Source: Myxococcota bacterium
Lineage (GTDB): Bacteria; Myxococcota_A; UBA9160; UBA6930
Reading direction: 5' to 3'
DNA length: 64,000 nucleotides
Assembly (NCBI GenBank): GCA_028277885.1
Contig: JANQFK010000022.1
Coordinates: forward strand, 1,207-65,206
The translations under genes and the position numbers were made by a program. This document shows positions 52,003 to 64,000 of this stretch, in pieces (the first letter of the stretch is position 1; the number at the start of each line of letters is the position of its first letter). The notes beneath the pieces were generated by a model. That model was not told where the DNA came from. It searched no databases and saw only the letters and a program-made list of their open reading frames with translations.

Positions 52003-53610
52003 ATGCTTGGTGACGTCTGGCCGTTGGTCTCGGCGGGGACGATGCGGGGGCTCGATCGGTTCACGATCGAGACGTTGGGGGTGCCGGGCGAGCTGCTGAT
52101 GGAGTCGGCGGGGCGAGCGGTGGCGGTGGCGGCGCTGGGGCTGGGTGCGGCGGAGCGCGGCTGCTGGGTCGTGTGCGGCGGCGGCAACAACGGTGGCGAC
52201 GGCTGGGTGGCGGCGCGTCACCTGCACCTCCAGGGCGTCCCGGTGCGTGCGGTGAGCGTCGTGGATCCGGAGGGGCTGCGCGGGGACGCGGCGGCGAACC
52301 TCGCGCGGGCCCGGGCCGCGGGCGTGGCCGAGGCCGGCACGCGCTTCCGCCCCGAGGCCGGGGCCGTGGTGGTGGACGCGATCTTCGGCACGGGGCTCGC
52401 GCGCCCGCTGGAGGGCGATGCGGCCGCGTGGGTGAAGCGGGTGAACGCCGCGCGCACGCGCGACGCCTGTCGCGTGCTCGCCGTCGACCTGCCGAGCGGC
52501 CTCGACGCGGACACGGGCCAGGTCCAGGGCGTCGCGGTGGCGGCCGACGCGACGCTGACCCTGGGCCTTCCGAAGCTGGGGCTCGCCCTCGAGCCGGGCC
52601 GGGGGCTCGCGGGCCGCATCGAGGTGGCGCGGATCGGGATCGCCGACGAGACGCCGGAGCACACCCCCGAGGCCGGCCTGCTCACCCGCGCCGGCGCGGG
52701 CGCGCGCCTGCCGGCGCGCCCCGCGGCGGGCCACAAGGGCAGCTTCGGCCACGTGCTGGTGATCGCGGGCTCCCAGGGCAAGACCGGTGCGGCGGCGCTG
52801 GCCGCCGAGGGCGCGGGCCGGGTCGGGGCCGGCCTCGTCACGTTGGCCTGCCCGGCGGGCCTGAACCCGATCCTCGAGGCCAAGTGCACCGAGGCCATGA
52901 CGGCCCCGGTGCCCGAGACCTCGGCCCACGCCTTCGCGCTCGAGGCCGAGAAGCCGCTCCTCGACCTCGTCTCGGGTCGCGACGTGGTGGCCCTCGGGCC
53001 GGGGATCGGCCGCGCCGACGAGACCACGGACCTGGTGCGGCGGCTCGCGGCGGAGATCGAGCGACCGCTCGTGCTCGACGCCGACGGCGTGGTGGCCTTC
53101 GCGGACGAGCCCGAGGGGCTGGCGGCGCGGCGCAGCGCGACGGTGGTGACGCCGCACCCCGGCGAGGCGGCGGCCCTCGGCGTGGGACGCACCGCGGAGA
53201 TCAACGCCGACCGCGTCGGCGCGGCGCGGCGGCTCGCCGAGCGCACCGGCGCGGTGGCGGTGCTGAAGGGCGCGGCCACGGTGGTCGCCGCGCCCGACGG
53301 GCGCCTCGGCGTGAACCCCACCGGGGGGCCGGCGCTGGCCACCGGCGGCACCGGCGACGTGCTGACCGGGGTGATCGCGGGCCTGCTGGGGCAGGGGCTC
53401 GACGCCTTCGAGGCGGCGCGGGTCGGCGTGTTCCTGCACGGCCACGCCGCCGACGTCCTCGCGGCGCGGCGCGGCGAGGTGGGGGTGCTGGCCGGCGACC
53501 TCGCCGGGGCGCTGCCCGAGAGCGCCCGGGCGCTGCGGCTCGACGCGAGGCAGGGGCAGGGATCGGGCCCGAGGGCCGGCGATGCGGTGGCGTTCCCGGA
53601 GCCCGGCTGA
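52003..53610 (+). CDS. nnr: Bifunctional NAD(P)H-hydrate epimerase/dehydratase Nnr
   Basis: [43 protein letters not shown]. Confidence 0.95.
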   Translation: MLGDVWPLVSAGTMRGLDRFTIETLGVPGELLMESAGRAVAVAALGLGAAERGCWVVCGGGNNGGDGWVAARHLHLQGVPVRAVSVVDPEGLRGDAAANLARARAAGVAEAGTRFRPEAGAVVVDAIFGTGLARPLEGDAAAWVKRVNAARTRDACRVLAVDLPSGLDADTGQVQGVAVAADATLTLGLPKLGLALEPGRGLAGRIEVARIGIADETPEHTPEAGLLTRAGAGARLPARPAAGHKGSFGHVLVIAGSQGKTGAAALAAEGAGRVGAGLVTLACPAGLNPILEAKCTEAMTAPVPETSAHAFALEAEKPLLDLVSGRDVVALGPGIGRADETTDLVRRLAAEIERPLVLDADGVVAFADEPEGLAARRSATVVTPHPGEAAALGVGRTAEINADRVGAARRLAERTGAVAVLKGAATVVAAPDGRLGVNPTGGPALATGGTGDVLTGVIAGLLGQGLDAFEAARVGVFLHGHAADVLAARRGEVGVLAGDLAGALPESARALRLDARQGQGSGPRAGDAVAFPEPG

Positions 53611-54097
53611 GACCCGCGCCGCCGCCGCCGCACTGGCTCGCGCGGTCGGGCCGGCCGGTGGCGTGATCGTGCTGGAGGGCCCCCTCGGCGCGGGCAAGAC
53701 CGTCTTCGCCAAGGGGCTCGCCGAGGGCCTGGGCCTGGACCCCGACGGCGTGGCGAGCCCGACCTTCGTGATCGCCAGCGAGTACCCGGCCCCCGACGGC
53801 CGCCGCCTGGTGCACGTGGACGCCTACCGCGTGGAGAGCGAGGCCGAGCTCGAGGCCGCCGGCCTCCTCGACTGGCTCGTGCCGCGCACCCTGGTGGCGG
53901 TGGAGTGGGGCGACCGGGTGCGCTCCGCGCTGCCCGCGGACCGCCTCGAGCTGCGGCTCGAGCCGGGCGACGCCGCGACGCGCACCCTCCACCTCGACGC
54001 CACCGGGCCCGATTCCCGGGCGGTCCTCGAGCGCTTCGCCTCGGCCCGGCGTGCCGTCGAAGCGGGGGCGCGCGATACTCCCCCGGCCCGCCACTAG
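53582..54097 (+). CDS. tsaE: tRNA threonylcarbamoyladenosine biosynthesis ATPase TsaE
   Basis: [21 protein letters not shown]. Confidence 0.93.
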   Translation: MRWRSRSPAETRAAAAALARAVGPAGGVIVLEGPLGAGKTVFAKGLAEGLGLDPDGVASPTFVIASEYPAPDGRRLVHVDAYRVESEAELEAAGLLDWLVPRTLVAVEWGDRVRSALPADRLELRLEPGDAATRTLHLDATGPDSRAVLERFASARRAVEAGARDTPPARH

Positions 54098-54120
54098 CGC
54101 GGGCAGCGTCGGGAGCGAGC

Positions 54121-55362
<1,242 letters not shown>

Positions 55363-55469
55363 GCCCGCCTCTCCCCGCCTTCACCCGGTCCCGCGGGTCC
55401 CCCCCACTGGACGAGCCCCTCGCCTCCCGAGGCGGCGCCGAGCCCGGCGCCCACGCGGCCGCCGGGCGG

Positions 55470-55883
55470 GTGCGCGCGGCGACCTGGCTCGCCCTGGCGC
55501 TCGGGCTGGCGGCCTGGCCCGCCGGCCCGGCTCCGCCGGTCGACTGCCCCCACCCCCGGCCCGCCGGGCCCGGGCCGGGCTGGACCCGGACCGTGCGCTG
55601 CGACCGGACGGGCCCCGGCCCCGGGCTGCGCGGTCCCGCGCGCCAGCTCTTCGGCCTCGGCCTCGACCCCAACGCCGCCGACGCCGCGACCCTCGAGACC
55701 CTGCCGGGGATCGGCCCCGCCCGGGCCCGCGCCATCGTGGAGGCACGCCGGGAGGGGCCCTACTGCCGGCCTCGGGACCTGGAGAGGGTGCCGGGAATCG
55801 GCCCCATCACGCGCGGTCGCCTCGAGTCCCGGCTCCGGCTCCGGGCGCCCCCGGGCTGCCACGGAAGTGCCGCGGGCCCGTGA
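55470..55883 (+). CDS. ComEA-like helix-hairpin-helix DNA-binding protein
   Basis: LDPNAADAATLETLPGIGPARARAIV...LERVPGIGP; start uncertain. Confidence 0.82.
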   Translation: MRAATWLALALGLAAWPAGPAPPVDCPHPRPAGPGPGWTRTVRCDRTGPGPGLRGPARQLFGLGLDPNAADAATLETLPGIGPARARAIVEARREGPYCRPRDLERVPGIGPITRGRLESRLRLRAPPGCHGSAAGP

Positions 55884-55997
55884 CGAACCGGGAAGAATGG
55901 TTATGCTGCCGACCGTTCGGACGCATCCTGCCGATCCACAACGGATTCTCCGCTCCGGATCGTGTCGCGGGATCGCTATTGCGTAGGGGGACTGTCG

Positions 55998-56690
55998 ATG
56001 TTGCGAGTTCGTTTTGCCTGCGTGGTCGTCGCCACCGCAGTAGCGACCCTGGGTTGTGCCACCACGTCCGCGCCGGATCCGAAGGTCTGCGCGGCGCTCG
56101 GCGCCATCGCGGGGGCCGGCGGCGGAGCCGCGGTCGGCCTCTCGAACGACAAGGGGAGCGACTGGGACTCGGCCACCGGGACCGGCGCCATCGGCGCCAT
56201 CGGGGTGGGAGCCGCCGGCTACATCCTGTGCACGCTGCTCCAGCCCAAGGAGGAGATCGCGATGGCTCCGGCGCCGCCGCCGCCCGCGCCTCCGCCGCCG
56301 CCGCGCGCCGCCCCGCCGCCGCCGGCCCCGCCGCCGAGCGAGGGCGTGCGCGAGCGCATCGTCCTGCGCGGCGTGAACTTCGACTTCGACAAGGCGGACA
56401 TCCGGGCCGACGCCGCCGTGATCCTGGACGAGGCGGCGTCGATCCTGAACCGCAGCCGCCGCTTCCAGGTGCGCGTCGAGGGCCACACCGACTCGACCGG
56501 CCCCGCGGAGTACAACCAGGGCCTGTCGGAGCGGCGCGCCGCCGCCGTGAAGCGCTACCTGGTGGAGCAGGGCGTCTCGGCCTCGCGGCTCCAGACCGCG
56601 GGCTTCGGCGAGGGCAACCCGATCGCGGGCAACGACACGCGGGACGGGCGCGCGCTGAACCGGCGGGTCGAGCTCCAGGTCCTGGAGTAG
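55998..56690 (+). CDS. OmpA family lipoprotein
   Basis: TLGC lipobox, Gly zipper, poly-Pro linker, VNFDFDK, EGHTD, NQGLSERRA, NRRVE. Confidence 0.93.
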   Translation: MLRVRFACVVVATAVATLGCATTSAPDPKVCAALGAIAGAGGGAAVGLSNDKGSDWDSATGTGAIGAIGVGAAGYILCTLLQPKEEIAMAPAPPPPAPPPPPRAAPPPPAPPPSEGVRERIVLRGVNFDFDKADIRADAAVILDEAASILNRSRRFQVRVEGHTDSTGPAEYNQGLSERRAAAVKRYLVEQGVSASRLQTAGFGEGNPIAGNDTRDGRALNRRVELQVLE

Positions 56691-56739
56691 GGCCACGTCC
56701 GACTGGCTGGAGCGGCTCCGCCGTTTCACGGCGGAGCAG

Positions 56740-58041
56740 TTGTGGAGCCGGGAGCCGCTCCAGCCGGCCGCGCTCGCCTGGGCGCGCAGCGGTCTCCAGT
56801 TCGCCTTCATGGTGGGCCAGGGCTTCGTGCGCGACCACCTGCTGCTGCGCGCCCACTCGCTCACCTTCCTGAGCATCCTCTCGGTGGTGCCGCTGCTCGC
56901 CCTGGCGGTCTCCATGGTCGAGCTGTTCGGGGTGACCGAGAACCTCACGGGCTTCTTCGTGGGGTTCATCGCCGCGGGGGCCCCGGAAGCGGCGGAGCGC
57001 ATCCCCGAGCTGGTCACCCAGCTGAACTTCGGCGCCCTCGGCACCGTGGGCGCCGTGGCGCTGCTCTCCACCACCGTGCTGATGATCGGGAGCATCGAGC
57101 GCTCGCTGAACGCGATCTGGGGCATCCACAGCCAGCGGCCCTGGGTGCGCCGGATCCCGGACTACCTGGCGGTGCTGCTGGTGGCGCCGCTCCTGCTCGG
57201 CGTCTCGATCTCCCTGGGCACGAGCCTGCGCAGCCAGTGGCTCGTCCAGCGCCTGCTCGACTACCCGCTGTTCACGCAGCTCTGGGACCTGGGCCTGCGC
57301 CAGGCGCCGACGCTCTTCGTGATCGTGGGCTTCACGTTCCTCTACTGGTTCCTGCCCAACACGTCGGTGCGGCTGGCCTCGGCCGGGCTCGGCGCCGTCT
57401 TCGCGGGGCTGCTCTTCACCCTGGCCCAGCAGGCCTACGTGGGGCTCAACGTGGGCGCGGCGCGCTACAACGCGCTGTTCGCCGGCTTCGCGTGGTTCCC
57501 GCTGTTCATGGTCTGGCTCTACTTCTCCTGGGCCATCACGCTCCTGGGCGCCGAGGTCGCCTACGCGCACCAGACCCTGCGCCTGTACCGGCGGGAGGTG
57601 CGCGAGGCCGGGGCGGGCGCGGCGGCCCGGGAGAGCATCGGGCTCGCCATCGCGCTCGAGGTGGCGCGGGCCTTCCGCGACGGGTCGACGCCGTGGAGCG
57701 ACGACGCGCTCTCCGAGCGGCTCGACGTGCCCGTGCGCACGGTCCGCGCCCTGCTGGCGCGGCTCGGCGAGGCCGGGCTGCTGGCCGAGCTGGGCGGGGA
57801 GGGCCGCAGCGGCACTTGGCAGCTCGCCCGCCCCGCCGACCGCATCCGCGTGGCCGACGTCATCGAGGCCCTGCGCGGCCCGCGCCTCACCCCCGCCGCG
57901 GAGCCCGAGATCGCGAAGGTGGTGACCGAGGTCTTCGCCCGCATCGACCGCGAGACGGCGGGCCAGGCCGGTGCCCAGACCCTGCGCGAGCTCGTCGAGC
58001 TCGCCGACCGGCCCGTTGACCCCCTCGGGAGCGGGGAGTAG
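56740..58041 (+). CDS. YihY/BrkB family membrane protein with C-terminal Rrf2-like winged HTH
   Basis: AHSLTFLSILSVVPLL, IERSLNAIW, LYWFLPN, LLGAE; C-terminal WQLARPADRIRVADVIEAL. Start uncertain. Confidence 0.88.
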   Translation: MWSREPLQPAALAWARSGLQFAFMVGQGFVRDHLLLRAHSLTFLSILSVVPLLALAVSMVELFGVTENLTGFFVGFIAAGAPEAAERIPELVTQLNFGALGTVGAVALLSTTVLMIGSIERSLNAIWGIHSQRPWVRRIPDYLAVLLVAPLLLGVSISLGTSLRSQWLVQRLLDYPLFTQLWDLGLRQAPTLFVIVGFTFLYWFLPNTSVRLASAGLGAVFAGLLFTLAQQAYVGLNVGAARYNALFAGFAWFPLFMVWLYFSWAITLLGAEVAYAHQTLRLYRREVREAGAGAAARESIGLAIALEVARAFRDGSTPWSDDALSERLDVPVRTVRALLARLGEAGLLAELGGEGRSGTWQLARPADRIRVADVIEALRGPRLTPAAEPEIAKVVTEVFARIDRETAGQAGAQTLRELVELADRPVDPLGSGE

Positions 58042-58044
58042 GGT
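58016..58044 (+). promoter_or_regulatory. Sigma70-type promoter TTGACC-N17-TAGGGT
   Basis: Lies within the yihY 3' end (its stop TAG is part of the -10), upstream of the iscS-mnmA-rnc-era operon. Confidence 0.6.
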
Positions 58045-58070
58045 CGATCCTTCTCCTCGGAGAGGGCCTC

Positions 58071-59200
58071 GTGCGCGTCTACCTCGACCACAATGCGACC
58101 ACGCCGCTGCACCCCGCGGTGCGCGACGAGATGGGGCGCGTGCTCGGCGAGGTCTTCGGCAACCCGTCGAGCGTGCACGCCGAGGGCGCCGCCGCCCGCG
58201 CGGAGCTGGAGCGCGCGCGGGCCCGGACCGCCGCCGCCGTCGGCGCCGACCCGGCCGACCTGGTCTTCACCGGCAGCGCCACCGAGGCCAACAACACCGC
58301 GGTGTTCGCGGCGACCCGGGACGGGGGCCACGTGGTCACCACGGCGGTGGAGCATCCCTCGGTCGAGGCCCCGCTCGCGGTGCTCGAGGAGCGGGGCGTG
58401 GCGGTCACCCGGGTGGGGGTCGACGCCGACGGACGCGTCGACCCCGCGGCCTTCGAGGCCGCCTTCCGTCCCGACACCGTGCTGGCCAGCGTGCTGTGGG
58501 CCAACAACGAGACCGGCGTGATCCAGCCGGTCGCGGAGCTCGCCGCCCTCGCCCGGGCCCGCGGCGCGCTGCTGCACCTCGACGCCACCCAGGCCGTCGG
58601 CAAGCTCCCCGTGGACTGCGCGGAGCTGGGCGCGGACTTCCTGGTCGCCTCGGCCCACAAGTTCAACGGACCCAAGGGCGCCGGCTTCCTCGTGGCCCGG
58701 GGCGGCGAGCTGCGCCCGCGGCTCCACGGCGGCCCCCAGGAGCGACGCCGGCGCGGAGGCACCGAGAACCTCGCGGGCATCGTGGGCCTCGGCGTGGCGG
58801 CGGAGCTCGCCGCCCGCGACGGGCCCGAGCGCTCCGCGCGCCAGGTGCGCCTGCGCGACCGGCTCTGGGAAGGGATCGCGTCCAAGGTGCCGCGGGTGCG
58901 GCGCAACGGGAGCACCGGGCACGTGCTTCCCAACACGCTGAACGTCGAGTTCGTCGACACCGCGGGCGAGGTGCTGCTCGAGGCCCTCGACCTCGAGGGC
59001 GTCGCGGTCTCGTCCGGCGCCGCCTGCGCGTCGGGCTCGATCGAGCCCTCGGCGGTGCTGGTCGCCATGGGACGCCGCCCCGAGCAGGCCCGGGCGTCGC
59101 TCCGCTTCAGCGTCGGCCTGGGCAGCGACGAGGCCCAGATCGATCGCGTCCTGGCGCTGCTGCCGGACCTGGTCGCCCGGGTCCGGAGCGCCGTGGCGCC

Positions 59201-59204
<4 letters not shown>
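58071..59204 (+). CDS. iscS: Cysteine desulfurase (IscS/NifS group I)
   Basis: YLDHNATTP, GNPSS, NNETG, SAHKFNGPKG, SSGAACASG. Confidence 0.92.
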
Positions 59205-60304
<1,100 letters not shown>

Positions 60305-60315
60305 GGGCCCGGTCG

Positions 60316-61029
60316 GTGGACGCCGCGGACCGGGTGCGCCGCCTGGAGGACCGGCTCGACCACCGCTTCCGGGACCGGGGCCTGCTCGAGGCGGCGCTCA
60401 CCCACCCCTCCTACTCCGCCGAGGAGCCCGAGGCCGAGGGCAACGAGCGCCTGGAGTTCCTCGGCGACGCGGTCCTCGACCTCGTGGTCGCCGGCCTGCT
60501 CTACGCCCGCCAGCCGCGCTGGAGCGAGGGCCAGCTCACCCGGGCCCGGGCCGCCCTCGTGAACACGGTCTCCCTCGCCGAGCAGGCCCGGGCCCTCGAG
60601 CTCGGTCGGGTGGCGCGCCTGGGCCGCACCGAGCGCGGCGCCGACGGCGGAACCGACAAGGAGTCGATCCTCGCGAACCTGTTCGAGGCGGTGCTCGGCG
60701 CGCTCTACCTCGACGGCGGCTTCGAGCCCGTGCGGGCGCTGGTGTCGCGCCAGTTCTCCGAGGTCCTCGACTCTGGCGAGGACGTGCTGGCCCGGGATCC
60801 CAAGACCCACTTCCAGGAGTGGGCCCACGCCCGGCTGCGCACCACCCCGCGCTACCGCGCGCTGACCGACAGCGGGGTGGAGGACGCCGAGGACCGCTTC
60901 ACCGTCGAGGTGCAGGTGGGGGGCGAGGCCTGGGGGCAGGGTACGGGGCGCACCAAGCGGGCCGCGGAGCGGGCTGCCGCTGCCGATGCCCTCGACCGCG
61001 TGAAGGACGCCGAGCGCGCCGATGCCTGA
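60316..61029 (+). CDS. rnc: Ribonuclease III
   Basis: ALTHPS, NERLEFLGDAVL, FEAVLGALYLDGG, dsRBD DPKTHFQE. Confidence 0.96.
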   Translation: MDAADRVRRLEDRLDHRFRDRGLLEAALTHPSYSAEEPEAEGNERLEFLGDAVLDLVVAGLLYARQPRWSEGQLTRARAALVNTVSLAEQARALELGRVARLGRTERGADGGTDKESILANLFEAVLGALYLDGGFEPVRALVSRQFSEVLDSGEDVLARDPKTHFQEWAHARLRTTPRYRALTDSGVEDAEDRFTVEVQVGGEAWGQGTGRTKRAAERAAAADALDRVKDAERADA

Positions 61030-61900
61030 GGGCGTCTCCCGCGCCGGCGTGGTGGCCCTGCTGGGCCGGCCCAACGCGGGCAAGTCCACGCTGCTGAACC
61101 GGCTGCTGGGCGAGAAGCTCGCCATCGTGACGGCGCGCCCCCAGACCACCCGCAGCCGCATCCTGGGGATCCTCACCCGGGGCGACGCCCAGCTGCTGCT
61201 GCTCGACACCCCGGGCTTCCACGAGTCCCCCAAGGCGCTGAACCGCGCCCTCAACGCCGTGGTGGAGGAGGCCCTCGAGGACTGCGACGTCGCCGTGCTC
61301 GTGGTGGACCCCGGCGCGGGCTGGGATGCCGCCCACGACGCGGTACGGGCCCGGATCGAGAAGCGCGGGGTGCCCTGGCTGCTGGTCGGAACGCGCTCGG
61401 ACCGGCCGGGGCCGGCCGGGGCGTGGCCGCCGCCGGGCGCCGCCGGGGCCCACGCCCTGCGGGTCTCGGGGCGGACGGGGGAGGGCGTGGAGGCGCTCCT
61501 CGACGGCCTGGTGGCCCGGCTCCCCGAGGGCCCGCACTTCTATGCCGAGGACGAGCTCACCGACCGGCCGCTGCGCTTCCTGGCCGCCGAGCTGGTGCGG
61601 GAGGTGGCGTTCGAGGAGCTCGCCCAGGAGGTGCCCTACTGCCTCGCCGTGGAGGTGGAGGAGTTCGACGAGTCCGGGGAGGACGGCGTCCGCATCCGCG
61701 CGAACCTCCTCGTGGAGCGCGCCTCCCAGAAGCCCATCGTGCTCGGCCGGGGCGGGTCGCGCATCAAGGCCATCGGCAGCGAGGCGCGGCGCCGCATCGC
61801 CGAGCTGCTGGGGCGGCCCGCCCATCTGTCGCTCTGGGTGAAGCACGAGCCGCGCTGGAGCCGCCGGCCCAAGCGCCTGAAATCCCTCGGCTACCACTGA
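61022..61900 (+). CDS. era: GTPase Era
   Basis: GRPNAGKSTL, QTTR, DTPG, QEVPY, KH-like LGRGGSRIK; follows rnc. Confidence 0.94.
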   Translation: MPEGVSRAGVVALLGRPNAGKSTLLNRLLGEKLAIVTARPQTTRSRILGILTRGDAQLLLLDTPGFHESPKALNRALNAVVEEALEDCDVAVLVVDPGAGWDAAHDAVRARIEKRGVPWLLVGTRSDRPGPAGAWPPPGAAGAHALRVSGRTGEGVEALLDGLVARLPEGPHFYAEDELTDRPLRFLAAELVREVAFEELAQEVPYCLAVEVEEFDESGEDGVRIRANLLVERASQKPIVLGRGGSRIKAIGSEARRRIAELLGRPAHLSLWVKHEPRWSRRPKRLKSLGYH

Positions 61901-61923
61901 CTCCCGGTCCGCCGGCGGGTCGA

Positions 61924-61953
61924 TTGACGCGCCGCGCCGCGGTAGGATAGGGT
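61924..61953 (+). promoter_or_regulatory. Putative sigma70-type promoter TTGACG-N18-TAGGGT
   Basis: Intergenic, upstream of the thiolase; same -10 hexamer as at 19584 and 58039. Confidence 0.5.
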
Positions 61954-62036
61954 GCTCGCTTTCGAGCGGTCCCGATCGGTCGATCGATCGAAGCCACCCT
62001 CCAACGACAGCCACCGACGAGAGGAAACACAGCCCC

Positions 62037-63221
62037 ATGAGTGATCAGGACGTCGTCATCGCCAGTGCCGTGCGCACCCCCATCGGCACCTTCCAGGGCG
62101 CCTTCTCGTCGCTCTCGGCCTCGGACCTCGGCGCCATCGCGGTGAAGGAGGCCGTGCGCCGCGCCCAGGCCAAGCCCGACCAGGTCGAGCGGGTCATCAT
62201 GGGCAACGTGCTCTCCGGCGGCATGGGCCAGGCTCCGGCGCGCCAGACCGTGATCAAGTCCGGCCTGCCGGTCTCCGCCGGCGCCGTCACGGTGAACAAG
62301 GTCTGCGGCTCCGGCCTCCAGGCGGTGATGTTCGCCCGGCGCGAGGTGCTGATGGGCGACGCCGACGTGATCGTGGCGGGCGGCATGGAGTCCATGACCA
62401 ACGCGCCCTACGTGCTCCCCAAGGCCCGCGGCGGCTACCGGATGGGGAACGGCCAGATCGTCGACACCATGATCAACGACGGCCTGTGGGACCCCTACGA
62501 CGACATGCACATGGGCAACTGCGGCGACATGGTGGCCGAGAAGTACGGCTTCACCCGCGAGGACCAGGACCGCTTCGCGACCACGAGCTACCAGCGCGCC
62601 CAGGCGGCCCAGAAGGAGGGGCGCTTCAAGGAGGAGATCGTCCCCGTCGAGGTGCCCCAGCGGAAGGGCGAGCCCCTGCTGGTGGACGAGGACGAGGACC
62701 CCAAGCGCGTGAACCTCGAGAAGATGGGCAGCCTGCGCCCGGCCTTCTCGAAGACGGGCACCGTCACCGCCGCCAACGCGTCGAGCATCAACGACGGCGC
62801 GGCCGCGCTGCTGGTCTGCTCCGCCGAGACCGCGAAGCGCAACGGCTACGCGGTGCTCGCGAAGATCGTGGCCGACTCGTCGGCCGCGGTGGAGCCCAAG
62901 TGGTTCACCATCGCGCCGGTGGATGCGCTGCGGAAGCTCTACGAGAAGACCGGCAGCCAGCCCGGCGACTGGGACCTCTACGAGATCAACGAGGCCTTCT
63001 CCGGCGTCACCCTGGCGGCGGTGAAGGAGCACGGCCTGGATCCCGAGACCGTCAACGTGAACGGCGGCGCCGTCTCCCTCGGCCACCCCATCGGCTGCTC
63101 GGGCGCCCGGGTGCTGGTCACCCTGATCCACGCCCTGCGCGACCGCAAGAAGAAGACCGGCATCGCGACGCTGTGCATCGGCGGCGGCGAGGCCGTGGCC
63201 CTGGCCGTGGAGGTCGCGTAG
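62037..63221 (+). CDS. atoB: Acetyl-CoA C-acetyltransferase (thiolase)
   Basis: NKVCGSG, AGGMESM, EINEAF, GHPIG, LCIGGG. Confidence 0.95.
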   Translation: MSDQDVVIASAVRTPIGTFQGAFSSLSASDLGAIAVKEAVRRAQAKPDQVERVIMGNVLSGGMGQAPARQTVIKSGLPVSAGAVTVNKVCGSGLQAVMFARREVLMGDADVIVAGGMESMTNAPYVLPKARGGYRMGNGQIVDTMINDGLWDPYDDMHMGNCGDMVAEKYGFTREDQDRFATTSYQRAQAAQKEGRFKEEIVPVEVPQRKGEPLLVDEDEDPKRVNLEKMGSLRPAFSKTGTVTAANASSINDGAAALLVCSAETAKRNGYAVLAKIVADSSAAVEPKWFTIAPVDALRKLYEKTGSQPGDWDLYEINEAFSGVTLAAVKEHGLDPETVNVNGGAVSLGHPIGCSGARVLVTLIHALRDRKKKTGIATLCIGGGEAVALAVEVA

Positions 63222-63223
63222 CC

Positions 63224-64000
63224 ATGGACCGCATCGGCGTGATCGGCACCGGGACCATGGCGACCGGCATCGTGCAGCAGGCCGCCCAGTCGGGCTTCCC
63301 CGTGGTGGTGCGCGCCCGCAGCCAGGAGTCCCTCGACGGCTGCCTGGGCGGCGTGAAGAAGGCCCTCGGGCGCCTGGTCTCGAAGGAGAAGATCACCCAG
63401 GCCTCCGCGGACGAGGCCCTGGGACGCATCCAGGGCACCCTGGCCCTCGAGGACCTCAAGGGCTGCGACTTCGTCCTCGAGTCCGTGGCCGAGGAGCTCG
63501 AGATCAAGCAGCCGATCCTCGAGAAGATCGACCAGATCGTGGACGACGCCTCCATCATCGCCACCAACACCTCGAGCCTGTCCGTGACCAAGCTCGCGTC
63601 CCTGGTGAGCCGCCCGGCCCACTTCATCGGGATGCACTTCTTCAACCCCGTGCCGATGATGGCCCTGGTGGAGGTCGTGCGCGGCATGCGCACCTCCGAC
63701 GCCACCCACTCCCGCGTGGTGGACCTCGCCGAGCGCCTGGGCAAGACGCCGGTGGACGTCAAGGACTCGCCGGGCTTCGTGGTGAACCGGGTGCTCTTCC
63801 CGATGATCAACGAGGCCGCCTTCGTGCTCCAGCAGGGCGTGGCCAGCGCCGAGGACATCGACGCCGCCATGAAGGGCGGCTGCAACCACCCCATGGGCCC
63901 CCTGGCCCTGGCCGACCTCGTCGGCCTGGACGTGGTCTACGCCATCCTCGACAGCCTCTACCGCGAGTACGGCGAGCCCCGCTACGCCCCCTGCCTCGAG
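63224..64000 (+). CDS. hbd: 3-hydroxybutyryl-CoA dehydrogenase, runs off the window end
   Basis: Manual translation: MDRIGVIGTGTMATGI...ATNTSSL...GMHFFNPVPMMALVE...PGFVVNR...NHPMGPLALADLVGLD. Confidence 0.93.
   Translation, partial: MDRIGVIGTGTMATGIVQQAAQSGFPVVVRARSQESLDGCLGGVKKALGRLVSKEKITQASADEALGRIQGTLALEDLKGCDFVLESVAEELEIKQPILEKIDQIVDDASIIATNTSSLSVTKLASLVSRPAHFIGMHFFNPVPMMALVEVVRGMRTSDATHSRVVDLAERLGKTPVDVKDSPGFVVNRVLFPMINEAAFVLQQGVASAEDIDAAMKGGCNHPMGPLALADLVGLDVVYAILDSLYREYGEPRYAPCLE

Noticed and set aside
56266-56335. CCG-rich low-complexity tract
   Set aside because: Encodes the ordinary proline linker of the OmpA-family protein.
60660-60700. RNase III second acidic motif reads ANLFEA rather than ADxxEA
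   Set aside because: A single conservative change with the signature motif and the essential Glu intact; not enough to claim altered function.

Overview
A very GC-rich bacterial chromosome segment, by gene content and order most like Myxococcota/Deltaproteobacteria. It holds about 60 tightly packed genes, one tRNA-Met(CAT), and no integrase, transposase, prophage or CRISPR array. The housekeeping blocks are two TetR-MFP-RND efflux cassettes, a REC-GGDEF-EAL protein, acyl-CoA/oxidoreductase genes, a dgt-cutA-hypotheticals-queE operon, sugar-nucleotide genes, the run tilS-ftsH-folP-cdaA-cdaR-glmM-pdxJ-nnr-tsaE-lysC, then iscS-mnmA-rnc-era and thiolase-hbd. The most interesting items are: (1) a cobalamin-riboswitch-controlled operon (11.0-17.9 kb) combining a PEP-CTERM beta-propeller, a TonB-dependent receptor, a beta-propeller lipoprotein, an unknown protein and a BtuH-like lipoprotein, where the riboswitch appears to gate a leader ORF; (2) a 939-aa protein fusing a degenerate PD-(D/E)xK-like region, an Arg/Gly/Glu-rich disordered linker and a degenerate DHH domain, preceded by a 36-bp hairpin tandem repeat; (3) a full-length PdxJ lacking almost all catalytic residues, followed by a hairpin-rich element where acpS is usually found; (4) a P-loop kinase-dCMP deaminase fusion; (5) many -10 boxes 6-8 nt before start codons, suggesting widespread leaderless transcription. 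All calls are from reading motifs by eye; no database searches were run.
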